From Candidatus Aerophobota bacterium (GTDB lineage: Bacteria; Aerophobota; Aerophobia; Aerophobales; JAGGXI01): a stretch of 64,000 bases of DNA. The translations under genes and the position numbers were made by a program. Positions 9,786 to 19,597 of the stretch are shown piece by piece. The notes under the pieces were generated by a model that was not told where the DNA came from, did not search any database, and saw only the letters and a program-made list of their open reading frames with translations. Each line of letters begins with the position of its first letter. Position 1 is the stretch's first letter. The stretch spans positions 7,731 through 71,730 of the forward strand of contig JAGGXI010000038.1 in assembly GCA_021163155.1 (NCBI GenBank), written 5' to 3'.

Positions 9786-10817
9786 ATGGATCTTCTAAAA
9801 CAATTGAGTGAGGCTTCAGGAATCCCCGGACATGAAGAAGGGATTCGTAAAATTATCACCGAGACACTGAGAGGCTATGTAGACACAGTTGAGGTGGATC
9901 GTTTGGGAAATTTGATCGCCCATCGCAAAGGTGAAGGACCAACGGTGGCAATCGCTGCCCACATGGACGAGATTGGTTTCATTGTCAGCTTTATTGAAAA
10001 GGATTCTGGCTTCCTACGAATCCATCCCCTTGGCGGTTTTGATGTTAAGACACTAATTGCCCAAAGGGTGATCGTGCACACCGAGAAGGGAGATCTGATT
10101 GGATGCATTGGAAGCAAACCAGTGCATATCATGACCGATGAGGAACGTAAAAAGCCACCCGAGATGAAAGACCTGTTCATTGACCTTGGCTTACCTGAAA
10201 ATAGAGTGAAGGATTCTGTCAATATTGGAGACACAATTACTCTCCGCCAGGAGTTCCTTACCTATGAGAATGTTGTCTCTGGAAAGGCACTTGACGACCG
10301 TTCCGGCTTATATATTGGGATTGAGGCGATCAAGCAGGCTAAAAATACCGCTTGTAATCTTTACTTTTTGGGAACAACACAGGAGGAGGTTGGGTTGCGT
10401 GGGGCACGGGTGGCTGGGTTTGCAGTAAAGCCGCAGATTGGGATCGCACTTGATGCAACAATTGCTGCTGACATGCCTGGTGTCCCTGGCCCACAACAGA
10501 TAACAAAATTTGGGAAGGGTGTTGCAATCAAGTTGACTGATTCCTCCTCCATCTCTCATCCTGGATTAGTGCGAGCAATGCGCAAACTCGCTGATGAACG
10601 GAATATCCCCTATCAGATGGAAATCCTTCCTCATGGAGGTACCGACGCTGGGACACTGCAGATGGCTCAAGAAGGGGCAGCCGTGGTCACCCTTTCTCTT
10701 CCCACTCGATATGTCCACTCGGTAGTGGAGATGGCGCATACATCTGACCTTAAGGCGGCGATTGACCTGCTTGCAGCCTTCATCGAGACAGCAGATAAGT
10801 TAGATCTCACGCTCTGA
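9786..10817 (+). CDS. M42 family aminopeptidase (glutamyl aminopeptidase/FrvX-like)
   Basis: 'AHMDEIGF' and 'LDDRSG' motifs are present in a 343-aa product. This gene is clearly more GC-rich (about 50%) than its neighbours (about 35%). Confidence 0.8.
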   Translation: MDLLKQLSEASGIPGHEEGIRKIITETLRGYVDTVEVDRLGNLIAHRKGEGPTVAIAAHMDEIGFIVSFIEKDSGFLRIHPLGGFDVKTLIAQRVIVHTEKGDLIGCIGSKPVHIMTDEERKKPPEMKDLFIDLGLPENRVKDSVNIGDTITLRQEFLTYENVVSGKALDDRSGLYIGIEAIKQAKNTACNLYFLGTTQEEVGLRGARVAGFAVKPQIGIALDATIAADMPGVPGPQQITKFGKGVAIKLTDSSSISHPGLVRAMRKLADERNIPYQMEILPHGGTDAGTLQMAQEGAAVVTLSLPTRYVHSVVEMAHTSDLKAAIDLLAAFIETADKLDLTL

Positions 10818-10892
10818 CAAAAGAGAAGAAGAGAATTTTAAATCATTGAAATTTAAAAAATTTATTCTAATTAAATAAAGGAGCAGCACAAT

Positions 10893-10924
10893 CTTGAGGG
10901 GATATGAAACATTGTCCCCTCAAG
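10893..10924 (+). terminator. 10-bp-stem hairpin cttgagggga..tcccctcaag after the M42 gene
   Basis: The inverted repeat is read directly. It has no clear T-tract, so its terminator function is uncertain. Confidence 0.3.
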
Positions 10925-10952
10925 TGTCTTGCGTAAGTATAAAGGATAAACT

Positions 10953-11903
10953 ATGAGTGCAGATTTAGTAGCTTTTATATTGAGAAGACTTGTAACTGCA
11001 ACCCTTACAGTTATTGGAGTCTCTCTTGTAATTTTCTTACTATTGCAAGCAGCACCTGGTGACCCAGTTACTCTTATGACAGCTGGTCATAAGGTACCTA
11101 AAGAGACGATTGAAAAGATAAAACAAGGATTGAATTTAGATAAACCACTGTATATACAATATTGGCTATGGCTTAAAGGTATTATGCACGGAGATTTTGG
11201 AATCTCTTTCCTTAAAGATATCAAGGTTAGTAAACTGATATTAGAACGGCTGCCCGTTTCTTTACAACTTGTTTTACTAAGCGGACTATTAACTTTTCTA
11301 TTATCAATTCCAACTGGAATATTGGCGGCGCTTAAGGAGGCCACCATTACTGATAACGTCTTCATCACTCTTGCGATTATTACCTCATCAATGCCTGTAT
11401 TCTGGGTTGGGTTATTATTCATTATAATTTTCTCAATTTGGTTAGGATGGTTTCCTCCAATGGGTCTACACAGGCTCTTTGATATTAAGCATTTGGTTCT
11501 CCCTTGCTCAGCTTTATCATTTTCATTTACTGGCCTCCTATTCAGAATGACCAGGGCAAATATGTTGGAGGAATTGCAAAAAAATTATATAACAAAAGCC
11601 AAAGCAATGGGAATTCCGAATAAAAAAATAGTCGGAAGAGCTTTCAAAAATTCTTTAGCACCGATTCTAACCATATCGGGATTTATGATTGGCTCATATA
11701 TAGTTTTTGCAGTTCTTGTTGAATATGTGTTTGGATTGGGTGGGCTTGGTAGCTTATTAGTTGGGGCTACTCTCGCTCAAGATTATCCAATAGTTCTTGG
11801 TGTTACGGTATTTATTTCTATAGTCTTCGTATTCTCAAATTTTGTCGTTGATATACTATATGGTGTATTAGACCCCAGAATACGATATACTTCAAAGAAG
11901 TAG
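10953..11903 (+). CDS. ABC transporter permease (DppB/OppB-like)
   Basis: The 316-aa protein is multi-TM and ends with the conserved 'DPRIRY' tail. Confidence 0.85.
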   Translation: MSADLVAFILRRLVTATLTVIGVSLVIFLLLQAAPGDPVTLMTAGHKVPKETIEKIKQGLNLDKPLYIQYWLWLKGIMHGDFGISFLKDIKVSKLILERLPVSLQLVLLSGLLTFLLSIPTGILAALKEATITDNVFITLAIITSSMPVFWVGLLFIIIFSIWLGWFPPMGLHRLFDIKHLVLPCSALSFSFTGLLFRMTRANMLEELQKNYITKAKAMGIPNKKIVGRAFKNSLAPILTISGFMIGSYIVFAVLVEYVFGLGGLGSLLVGATLAQDYPIVLGVTVFISIVFVFSNFVVDILYGVLDPRIRYTSKK

Positions 11904-11911
11904 GTAAAAAT

Positions 11912-12775
11912 ATGGCTCGCTATGGATTCTTCAGCAGACAACTAAAAAAAGCATTTGGGGATATTTCAGCAAGCAACTTAGCCATAATAGGAATTGTAAT
12001 TGTAGGAATTTTTGCTATTATTGCTATTTTTGCTCCTTTTTTTGCTCCTTACAACCCTTATGATATAGATTTAATGGCTACATATCAATCCCCTTCGTTT
12101 GAGCACTTATTTGGCACTGATAATGTGGGTAGAGATACTTTCAGTCGTATTTTATATGGTTCACGGATGGCTTTTACAATTACTTTACTCATTGTAATTT
12201 TAGAACTGTCTATCAGTGTTCCATTAGGCTTGATATCTTCTTATATAGGAGGATATTTTGATGAAATAATAATGCGAATAATGGATATAATAATATCGAT
12301 TCCTCACCTTCTCCTGGCTATTGTAATAGTTGCTCTTTTAGGGCCTAATGTGCGTAATGCTATATTAGCAATAGGGATCAGTTATATACCGATGCTAACA
12401 AGGTTAGTTAGAAGTGTTACATTATCTATTAAAGAAGAACCTTATATTGAAGCCTGCCAGGTATTAAGATTTAGTGTGAAAAGGATTGTCTTTTATCATA
12501 TCCTTCCAAATATTGTTTCAGTGATTATTGTTCAAGTTTCATTGGATCTTGGATATGCACTTATTGATATGGCTTCACTTAGTTTTATAGGATTGGGAGT
12601 GCAACCCCCAAAAGCATCATGGGGTGCTATGTTATCAACTGGAAAGAATTATCTATTAAACACTCCCTGGATGTGTATATTCCCAGGTATAGCAATAGCC
12701 TTACTCGTTTTTGGCTTTAATCTTTTTGGAATAGGTTTGGAAAGAATTCTAAATCCAAGATATCAAAAGTATTAG
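11912..12775 (+). CDS. ABC transporter permease (DppC/OppC-like)
   Basis: The 287-aa protein is multi-TM with an EAA-like loop. Confidence 0.85.
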   Translation: MARYGFFSRQLKKAFGDISASNLAIIGIVIVGIFAIIAIFAPFFAPYNPYDIDLMATYQSPSFEHLFGTDNVGRDTFSRILYGSRMAFTITLLIVILELSISVPLGLISSYIGGYFDEIIMRIMDIIISIPHLLLAIVIVALLGPNVRNAILAIGISYIPMLTRLVRSVTLSIKEEPYIEACQVLRFSVKRIVFYHILPNIVSVIIVQVSLDLGYALIDMASLSFIGLGVQPPKASWGAMLSTGKNYLLNTPWMCIFPGIAIALLVFGFNLFGIGLERILNPRYQKY

Positions 12776-12821
12776 AGATTAAGTAATTGTAACTATTCAG
12801 CCTGTTCAATTATAGTATGGG

Positions 12822-12965
12822 GCTAATTGGCTGTTTAGTGGGTAGGGTGAGCTAATCGCCATTTGCAAAACAAGAGTTAGAGGTAATTGGGAGGCTAAAG
12901 CCTCCCCTACCCTGTAGAGAGCTTTAATAGATTGTCGAATCCTGGGCTAAAGTTAGTAGAGAGTA
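12822..12965. repeat. family-A REP-like intergenic element (core GGGAGGCTAAAGCCTCCCCTACCC plus 'ttgcaaaacaagagttagag') inserted between dppC-like and dppD-like
   Basis: Near-identical copies occur at 40945-41050 and, inverted, at 27720-27792. Confidence 0.8.
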
Positions 12966-13024
12966 CCTGAATAGTTACAAGTAATTTTCATAGGAAATTG
13001 TTGATATTGAGAAGAAAGAAAAAA

Positions 13025-13990
13025 ATGAAAATTAATAATAGTTTTCTTTTGATTAGAAATTTGTCAATATATTTTTATGCAAAGAAAAAAATTATAAAGG
13101 CGGTTGATGGGGTTACTTTAGAAGTCAAAAAAGGTGAGACAGTAGGAATAGCTGGTGAAAGTGGTTGTGGAAAGTCAACTCTCGCAAGATCAATTTTACG
13201 GCTTGTACCTCCTCCGGGGGAGATTGTTTCAGGCGAGATCCTTTATAAAAGATCTAATATACTTAAGATAAACGATCAGCAACTAAGGAATATAAGAGGT
13301 AATAAAATCTCTATTATTTTCCAGGATCCATCAATTTATTTAAATCCAACCGTTAGCATTGGGAAACAGATTTGTGATGTCATCATGGCTCATAATAATG
13401 TGAGTTTTAAAAATGCAAGAAGTAAAACTATACAATTATTAGACGAATTAGAGATTCAAGAACCTGGGGATAGATTTAAGAATTTCCCTTATGAATTCAG
13501 TGGAGGAATGAAACAGCGTGTTTTAATTGCAATGGCAATATCTTGTAATCCAGAATTGGTTATCGCTGACGAGCCTACCACTGCTTTGGATGTAACTATC
13601 CAAAGACAAATTCTGGAGTTAATAAAAGGAAAGTTGATAAAGAAGGATTCTTCCTTTCTTTTCATAACTCACGATTTAGGTATATTAGCTGAGATCTGTG
13701 ATAGAATATATATAATGTATGCAGGTAGTATTGTTGAACAGGCGAAAGCGACTGACCTTTTTCAGAAACCTTTACATCCTTACACCCAGAAACTTTTAGC
13801 TGCTATACCAAGACATGACATAAGAAAAGAATTAACAGAAATAAAAGGGTCTCCCCCCAGGCTGGATAATTTACCAATAGGATGCAGCTTTTATCCCCGT
13901 TGTGATATTCATACAGAGAAATGCTATCAAGAGAGGCCGCCTCTCTATAAAGTAGATGAAGACCATTTTGTGAGATGCTACAATGTTTGA
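13025..13990 (+). CDS. ABC transporter ATP-binding protein (DppD/OppD-like)
   Basis: Walker A 'GESGCGKST', signature 'FSGGMKQR' and Walker B 'IADEPT' are present. I prefer the ATG at 13025 over the TTG at 12998. Confidence 0.85.
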   Translation: MKINNSFLLIRNLSIYFYAKKKIIKAVDGVTLEVKKGETVGIAGESGCGKSTLARSILRLVPPPGEIVSGEILYKRSNILKINDQQLRNIRGNKISIIFQDPSIYLNPTVSIGKQICDVIMAHNNVSFKNARSKTIQLLDELEIQEPGDRFKNFPYEFSGGMKQRVLIAMAISCNPELVIADEPTTALDVTIQRQILELIKGKLIKKDSSFLFITHDLGILAEICDRIYIMYAGSIVEQAKATDLFQKPLHPYTQKLLAAIPRHDIRKELTEIKGSPPRLDNLPIGCSFYPRCDIHTEKCYQERPPLYKVDEDHFVRCYNV

Positions 13991-14990
13991 AGAGGAGATC
14001 AAATTACATAATCCTGTGCTAAAAACAATAAATTTAAAAAAGTACTTTCTTAGTGAGAAGAGTCTCCTCACCAGATTATTAGTTGGAGCAAAATGGGTGA
14101 AGGCTGTAGATGGAATCAATCTAGAGATGTATCCAGAGGAGGTGTTAGCCCTGGTTGGTGAAAGTGGATGTGGGAAGACAACCTTAGCTAAACTTATCCT
14201 CGGTCTACTTACACCTACCGATGGCAAGATTTATATTTATGGTAAATCACCCAGAGAATATGGTGCGCAATTAGCTACTATTTTGCAAATAGTTTTTCAA
14301 GAAGGACCTGCTTCTTTAAACCCACGAAAGAGGGTGGGAAGTTTAATTAAAGAAGTCATTAAGGTTCATAAAGTAGTAGATGTTGACAAAATTGATGAGA
14401 AGGCGAACTCAATTCTCGAAATGGTCGATCTGGGTAAAGAGTTTAAAGAAAGATTCTTCCATGAATTGAGTGGAGGTCAGGCTCAACGGGTGGTTATTGC
14501 AAGAGCATTAGCACTTAATCCTTCTATTTTAATAGCGGATGAACCAACATCAGCTTTAGATGTATCAATTCAAGCACGAATACTAAATTTATTGATGAGA
14601 TTGAAAAAAGAATTCCATCTGACGATGTTATTTATAACTCATAACCTGGGCATTGTTAGACAGATATCAAATAGAGTTGCTGTTATGTATTTGGGGAAAA
14701 TCGTTGAGTTGGGTAATACAGAAGAGATATTTGATTATCCTCGGCATCCCTATACTAAAGCTCTGTTGTCTGCGGTACCTATACCTGACCCCACTGTGAA
14801 AAGGGGAATAATTGTTCTAAAAGGAGAGACCCCAAGCCCAATAAATAGACCATCAGGTTGTGCGTTTCATCCCCGATGTCCATTTAAAAAAGGGATATGT
14901 AAGAATAAGGAACCCGAACTATTGAATTTAAATAATAATCATTATGTTGCTTGTCATTTTCCTATGAACTATAATTCTTCCAAATTTTGA
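13983..14990 (+). CDS. ABC transporter ATP-binding protein (DppF/OppF-like)
   Basis: Walker A 'GESGCGKTT', signature 'LSGGQAQR' and Walker B 'IADEPTS' are present. Confidence 0.85.
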   Translation: MFEEEIKLHNPVLKTINLKKYFLSEKSLLTRLLVGAKWVKAVDGINLEMYPEEVLALVGESGCGKTTLAKLILGLLTPTDGKIYIYGKSPREYGAQLATILQIVFQEGPASLNPRKRVGSLIKEVIKVHKVVDVDKIDEKANSILEMVDLGKEFKERFFHELSGGQAQRVVIARALALNPSILIADEPTSALDVSIQARILNLLMRLKKEFHLTMLFITHNLGIVRQISNRVAVMYLGKIVELGNTEEIFDYPRHPYTKALLSAVPIPDPTVKRGIIVLKGETPSPINRPSGCAFHPRCPFKKGICKNKEPELLNLNNNHYVACHFPMNYNSSKF

Positions 14991-15187
14991 TTAGGTAGCT
15001 AATTGCGGTGTGTTTAGTTTGAAAAGAGAACCTAATCTATTCTCTTGATAGTAATCAAATATGCTTTAAAAACCAGGCGAAGAAGGTCTGCAAATCTATC
15101 GTCTTACAGAGTTGGGATAGAGAAGAGAAAATGGATGGTAATTTTATGATACTAAATTCCAAAAATTTTAACCAGGAGGTATAAAAA

Positions 15188-15955
15188 ATGTCATTTAACA
15201 ATTGTTTAGAGCTTCTAACCAAGCATGAGTATGATAAGGCAAAATTTGATAAAGCAATACTCCCTGTTGGGTCAACGGAATGCCATGGGGAGCATTTACC
15301 CTACGGTACCGATGCTATAGTTGCTCAAAGATTATCTATGGAAATTGCAAAGAATGTAGGGGGTCTACTTGTATTGCCAACCATATCTTACGGAATGAGT
15401 ATGCATTACGCAAAATTCCCTATATCTATAACTCTCTCATCGGGGACTTTAATATCTGTATTGAAAGATGTTCTCTCATCCCTTCTTAATCATAATATTA
15501 AGAAATTAATAATAATTAATGGGCACGATGGTAACATAGCACCAATAGAAATTGCTACAAGAGAATTCAGAGTTATACACCCGGAGATAAAAATATGTGT
15601 ATTAGAAGCATGGTGGATAACAGCTGGCAAGCTTCTTCCCAGGGGAACATTTGCAGTTTGGGATGGACTTGGTCATGCTGGCGAAGGAGAAACTTCAATA
15701 ATGCTTGCTATGGAGCCTGAACTTGTAAAAATGAAATATGCTAAAGGGGTAGTCCCTAATTTACCTTCGGGAGATATTGAAATCAAGTGGCTTTTTGATG
15801 AGTTAACCCCTTACGGTGCTACAGGAGGTCCAGATAAAGCTACTAAAGAAAAAGGCGAAAAAATGGTGAAAGTTCTTGTCGACCATCTGGTAACTTTTAT
15901 TAAAGAAATGGATAAAAATGATTGGAAATATGGAATAGAAAAAGTGGATAAATAA
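15188..15955 (+). CDS. creatininase-family amidohydrolase (creatinine amidohydrolase/ArfB-like)
   Basis: The 'STECHGEHLPYGTD' motif is present. Length is 255 aa. Confidence 0.8.
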   Translation: MSFNNCLELLTKHEYDKAKFDKAILPVGSTECHGEHLPYGTDAIVAQRLSMEIAKNVGGLLVLPTISYGMSMHYAKFPISITLSSGTLISVLKDVLSSLLNHNIKKLIIINGHDGNIAPIEIATREFRVIHPEIKICVLEAWWITAGKLLPRGTFAVWDGLGHAGEGETSIMLAMEPELVKMKYAKGVVPNLPSGDIEIKWLFDELTPYGATGGPDKATKEKGEKMVKVLVDHLVTFIKEMDKNDWKYGIEKVDK

Positions 15956-15999
15956 CTATCTAAGTTTTATTAACTGATTTTTGGGGAGGGGTGATTTAA

Positions 16000-16899
16000 T
16001 TGTTAGTTATGCTCGTGCATGGAGGTGCATCTTCTCAAGTTAAAAATAGAGAAGCAAGAAACCAAGGTATACTAAAGGCTTTAAATGAAGGTTGGGCAAT
16101 TCTTGAGGGAGGTGGGTCCTCCGTAGATGCAGTAGAAGCAGCCATAACAACACTTGAAGATAATAAAAATTTCAATGCTGGTAGAGGTTCCCTGCTTCAA
16201 CTTGATGGTATCGCCAGAATGGATGCTTCTATAATGGAAGGCGAACATAGGAATGCTGGTGCTGTAGCCGCTCTGGAAGGGATTGCGAATCCAATTAAAG
16301 TAGCGAGATTAGTAATGGAAAAAACTCCTCACATATTGTTAGTAGGGAAAAAAGCCAAAGAATTTGCTCTCCACTATAAAGTAAAGGAAATGAAAACTAA
16401 TACAAATAAAAGGACGGAGTATCAGGAGAAAGCTTTGAAGAAAGGAGGAGCTATAGTAAAGATATACAAGGAGATATTTGGCACCGTAGGTGCTGTAGCC
16501 ATAGATTCAAAAAATCTTATTGCTGCCGGTGCTTCTACAGGTGGTATTTTAGGAATGCTGCCTGGTCGGGTAGGAGATAGCCCTCTAATAGGCTGCGGTA
16601 TATATGCCGATAACAGTGTGGGGGGTGTCTCTATGACCGGTACAGGTGAGAAGATAATTAGAATGACTTTAGCTAGAAACATAAACTATGAAATGGCTAA
16701 TGGTTATGAAGCTTTATCTTCTGTAAAAAGAGCTTTGAGAGAAATGTTAATTAGTATTGGAGGTGAAGCTGGAGCTATAGCCATAAAGAAAGACGGAGAC
16801 TTTGGCATAGCGCATACTACAAAATATATGTTTGCTGGATATAAAACAGAAACTGAGGGACCTTATGTTTCTGATAGGTTTAAAATAGTGCAAAAGTAG
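16000..16899 (+). CDS. isoaspartyl peptidase / L-asparaginase (Ntn-hydrolase, plant-type asparaginase family)
   Basis: The 'GTVGAVAID' Thr nucleophile, an 'AGASTGG' motif and 299-aa length fit this family. Confidence 0.8.
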   Translation: MLVMLVHGGASSQVKNREARNQGILKALNEGWAILEGGGSSVDAVEAAITTLEDNKNFNAGRGSLLQLDGIARMDASIMEGEHRNAGAVAALEGIANPIKVARLVMEKTPHILLVGKKAKEFALHYKVKEMKTNTNKRTEYQEKALKKGGAIVKIYKEIFGTVGAVAIDSKNLIAAGASTGGILGMLPGRVGDSPLIGCGIYADNSVGGVSMTGTGEKIIRMTLARNINYEMANGYEALSSVKRALREMLISIGGEAGAIAIKKDGDFGIAHTTKYMFAGYKTETEGPYVSDRFKIVQK

Positions 16900-16907
16900 A
16901 AATTTGA

Positions 16908-17180
16908 TTACTCTGGTATCAAGTAGGGATCTTCTGGAATAGCTATAATTTTGGTATTTTCCCCATATTTAGAAAAAGCTCTCTTAAGCCCTTCTTCCAT
17001 TGAAGCAATAGGAGTAACTAATAAATTTCTTAAAACATTATCATCTATTTCATCTGAATAATACATAATCTCAGCTTTTTTTAAAGTCTTACATATCTCC
17101 TCAACCTGCCATTGGTCAATTACAAAAAATTTAGGATTATTAATTTTATTAAGGAATTCATCAGCACTTTTTGTTTGCAT
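16908..17180 (-). CDS. hypothetical protein (only the distal 91 aa of the 170-aa ORF is likely real)
   Basis: The ORF-track N-terminus (17181-17420) runs through the repeated promoter module and reproduces the peptide 'NNKQFTINFFFVNP'. The same peptide appears at 25792..26022, so that part is an artefact. Confidence 0.3.
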   Translation of the reverse strand: MQTKSADEFLNKINNPKFFVIDQWQVEEICKTLKKAEIMYYSDEIDDNVLRNLLVTPIASMEEGLKRAFSKYGENTKIIAIPEDPYLIPE

Positions 17181-17320
17181 TAATAAATCCTCAAACTCTT
17201 TTTCCTCTATCCTGTTTTTGCATGAAGAGCAGATAATGATTGTTCCTCCTTCTTTAATTGCAGAAGGAAGAATTTCTTCCGAAAAACTTTTTCGCGTCGG
17301 AGGGTTGACAAAAAAAAAAT

Positions 17321-17385
17321 TAATAGTAAACTGTTTATTGTTGACAATTATTATAAAAATGTCTACAACATAAATACTTATTTTA
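17321..17385 (+). promoter_or_regulatory. repeated promoter/operator module 'agggTTGACAaaaaaaaaattaatagtaaactgtttattgTTGACAattattataaaaa' plus GntR-type palindrome ATGTctacaACAT (17359-17371)
   Basis: About 58 bp are identical to 25831-25900. It sits immediately upstream of the GntR-family gene. Confidence 0.55.
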
Positions 17386-17387
17386 AG

Positions 17388-18083
17388 ATGAGGTATTATA
17401 TGCCAATTTTTGAAAAACAAGAACGGTCAACAATGTTTACCAAAACTTTGAAACAGATTAGGAAGGCTATTAAATCCGGGAAGCTAAAGTCGGGAGATCG
17501 GCTTATTGAATCCAGGTTGGCTGAAGAGATGCAAATAAGCCGATTCCCTATACGTGAGGCAATACGCTATTTAGAAAAAGAAGGGCTCGTTGTTACAATC
17601 CCATTTAAGGGAGCTTATGTTGCTAATTTTGGTGAAAGAGATTTAGAGGAAGTTTATACTTTAAGGAGTGCACTCGAAGAACTTGCAGTACGAAAGCTTA
17701 TGGAAAGCCTTGACAGTAAAAAAATTGAGAAATTGGACTCTATCCTCAAAATGATGAAAAAAGCATCACAAGAGGGGAAAATAGATAAGTTGGTTTCGGT
17801 AGACATGAAGTTTCATCGAACGATCTGTGAGTTATCAGATCACCGTAAATTGCTGGATATGTGGCTAACCCTGGAGCATCAATTAAGGACGTTTATTACG
17901 TTGGAAGAACATCTGTATAAGGAACCGGATGCCCTTGTTAAAACTCATTATCCTGTCATTAAGGATATTAAATCTGGAGATATTAAACGTGCAGAGGAAA
18001 GCATTAGGAAGCACCTTTATAATGCATTGAATATAATTAAACATAGTTACATAAAAACATCTGCACATCAAAAAAATAATTAA
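17388..18083 (+). CDS. GntR-family (FadR/FCD subfamily) transcriptional regulator
   Basis: 'ESRLAEEMQISRFPIREAIRYLEKEGLV' forms the HTH, followed by a C-terminal FCD-like helical domain. The true start may be the ATG at 17400 or 17433. Confidence 0.75.
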   Translation: MRYYMPIFEKQERSTMFTKTLKQIRKAIKSGKLKSGDRLIESRLAEEMQISRFPIREAIRYLEKEGLVVTIPFKGAYVANFGERDLEEVYTLRSALEELAVRKLMESLDSKKIEKLDSILKMMKKASQEGKIDKLVSVDMKFHRTICELSDHRKLLDMWLTLEHQLRTFITLEEHLYKEPDALVKTHYPVIKDIKSGDIKRAEESIRKHLYNALNIIKHSYIKTSAHQKNN

Positions 18084-18189
18084 TTTAGAAATACACTATA
18101 AAATCACGAAAAGAATAGAAACAAAAATCAGAGAGAAGACTTTAAATAAAGTTGATATCTATTTTTATTTTACAAAAACAGAGGGGGTT

Positions 18190-19470
18190 ATGATGAGTAA
18201 TTTTCAAATCAGTGATGTCAGAGCAAGAGAAATTATTGATTGTAGGGGTTTTCCTACAGTACAGGTAGATATCTGCGTTGGCGATAAGATGATGGGTAGA
18301 GCAAATGTACCTGCGGGAAGGTCTACAGGGAGTAACGAGGCACATGAGCTTCGAGACGGAGATAAAAATCGTTATAGAGGACTAGGGGTTAAAAAGGCAG
18401 TAAACAATGTTAACGAGGTAATTGGCCCCAGATTGAAGGGATTAGACGTCACAGAGCAGAGGAAGATCGATATGGCGATGATCAGATTAGACGGAACACT
18501 AAATAAGAGCGCATTGGGGGCAAATGCGATTACAGGTGTATCATTAGCTATTGCTCGTGCCGCTGCCAATGTTTGCGGTCTCCCGCTCTATAGATATCTC
18601 AACCCAAACGGATATATTCTTCCAGTGCCTTTTATGAACTTATTAAATGGTGGGAAGCTTACCTCAAACTATCTTGAGATTCAAGAATTCATAATGGTTC
18701 CGGTAGGTGCGAAATCATTTAAAGAAGCACTTCAAATGACCACAGAAATAAATCTTATACTAAGAGATTTAGTGATAGAAAAGTATGGTATTTTAGCAGT
18801 GAATACGGGGGATGAAGGGGGATACGCCACACCGATGCATGGGATAAGAGAGCCTTTTGAATTTATGGCAAAAGCTGTAAAAAAAGCGGGATATGAAGAG
18901 AAGGTTGTATACGCGATGGACTGTGCGAGTACCCACTGGTATGACAAGAAAGAAAAAGTATATAAACTAAATAAAAAAAGTTATGATAGAGAAGAGCTAA
19001 TCAATCTTTATCGAGAATTAATTAACGAGTTTCCTATTATTTCGATGGAAGATCCCTTGGATGAGGATGACTTTGAGGGTTATGCTAAGATCACAAAAGA
19101 TTTAGGAATTCAAATTATAGGTGATGATCTATTTGTCACAAATGTAGAACGTATAAAGGAAGGCGTAAAGAAAAGAGCAGCTAATGCATTACTTCTAAAA
19201 GTGAATCAAGTGGGAACGCTTTCTGAAGCTTTGGATGCTGCAGACTTTGCTTATCGTAATCAATATAAAGTGCAGGTTTCAGAACGTTCTGGAGAAACGG
19301 AGGACTCTTTTATAGCAGATTTGGCAGTGGGATTAAACTGTGGACAAATCAAAACAGGCGCACCAGTACGTGGCGAGAGAACATCGAAATATAACCGTTT
19401 AATACAAATAGAGGAGGAACTAGGGACTTCAGCAATATATGCTGGCACAAAACTTGTAAAGTCTTTCTGA
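18190..19470 (+). CDS. eno: enolase (phosphopyruvate hydratase)
   Basis: 'EIIDCRGFPTVQ', 'STGSNEAHELRDGDK', 'LLKVNQVGTLSEA' and 'SERSGETED' are present. Confidence 0.85.
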   Translation: MMSNFQISDVRAREIIDCRGFPTVQVDICVGDKMMGRANVPAGRSTGSNEAHELRDGDKNRYRGLGVKKAVNNVNEVIGPRLKGLDVTEQRKIDMAMIRLDGTLNKSALGANAITGVSLAIARAAANVCGLPLYRYLNPNGYILPVPFMNLLNGGKLTSNYLEIQEFIMVPVGAKSFKEALQMTTEINLILRDLVIEKYGILAVNTGDEGGYATPMHGIREPFEFMAKAVKKAGYEEKVVYAMDCASTHWYDKKEKVYKLNKKSYDREELINLYRELINEFPIISMEDPLDEDDFEGYAKITKDLGIQIIGDDLFVTNVERIKEGVKKRAANALLLKVNQVGTLSEALDAADFAYRNQYKVQVSERSGETEDSFIADLAVGLNCGQIKTGAPVRGERTSKYNRLIQIEEELGTSAIYAGTKLVKSF

Positions 19471-19514
19471 ATGTGTAGGTTTATTTAAGGGAGAGGAAGA
19501 GCGGAAAAGGTTTA

Positions 19515-19575
19515 TTAGCCTCCCCTACCCAGGCCAAGCACTCTAACAGTTTGCCGAATCTGGGTTAAATATATC
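19515..19575. repeat. family-A REP-like element (inverted orientation) downstream of eno
   Basis: 'agcctcccctacccaggccaagcactctaacagtttgccgaatctgggtt' is the reverse complement of the copy at 27568 and 31746. Confidence 0.75.
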
Positions 19576-19597
19576 ATATGATGGAGGTAAATAGAGT

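Noticed and set aside
17181-17420. N-terminal 80 aa of ORF 16908..17420(-), and ORFs 25792..26022(-) and 25910..26221(-), which share the peptide 'NNKQFTINFFFVNP'
   Set aside because: The shared peptide comes from translating the duplicated 58-bp promoter module on the opposite strand. It is not a real protein repeat.
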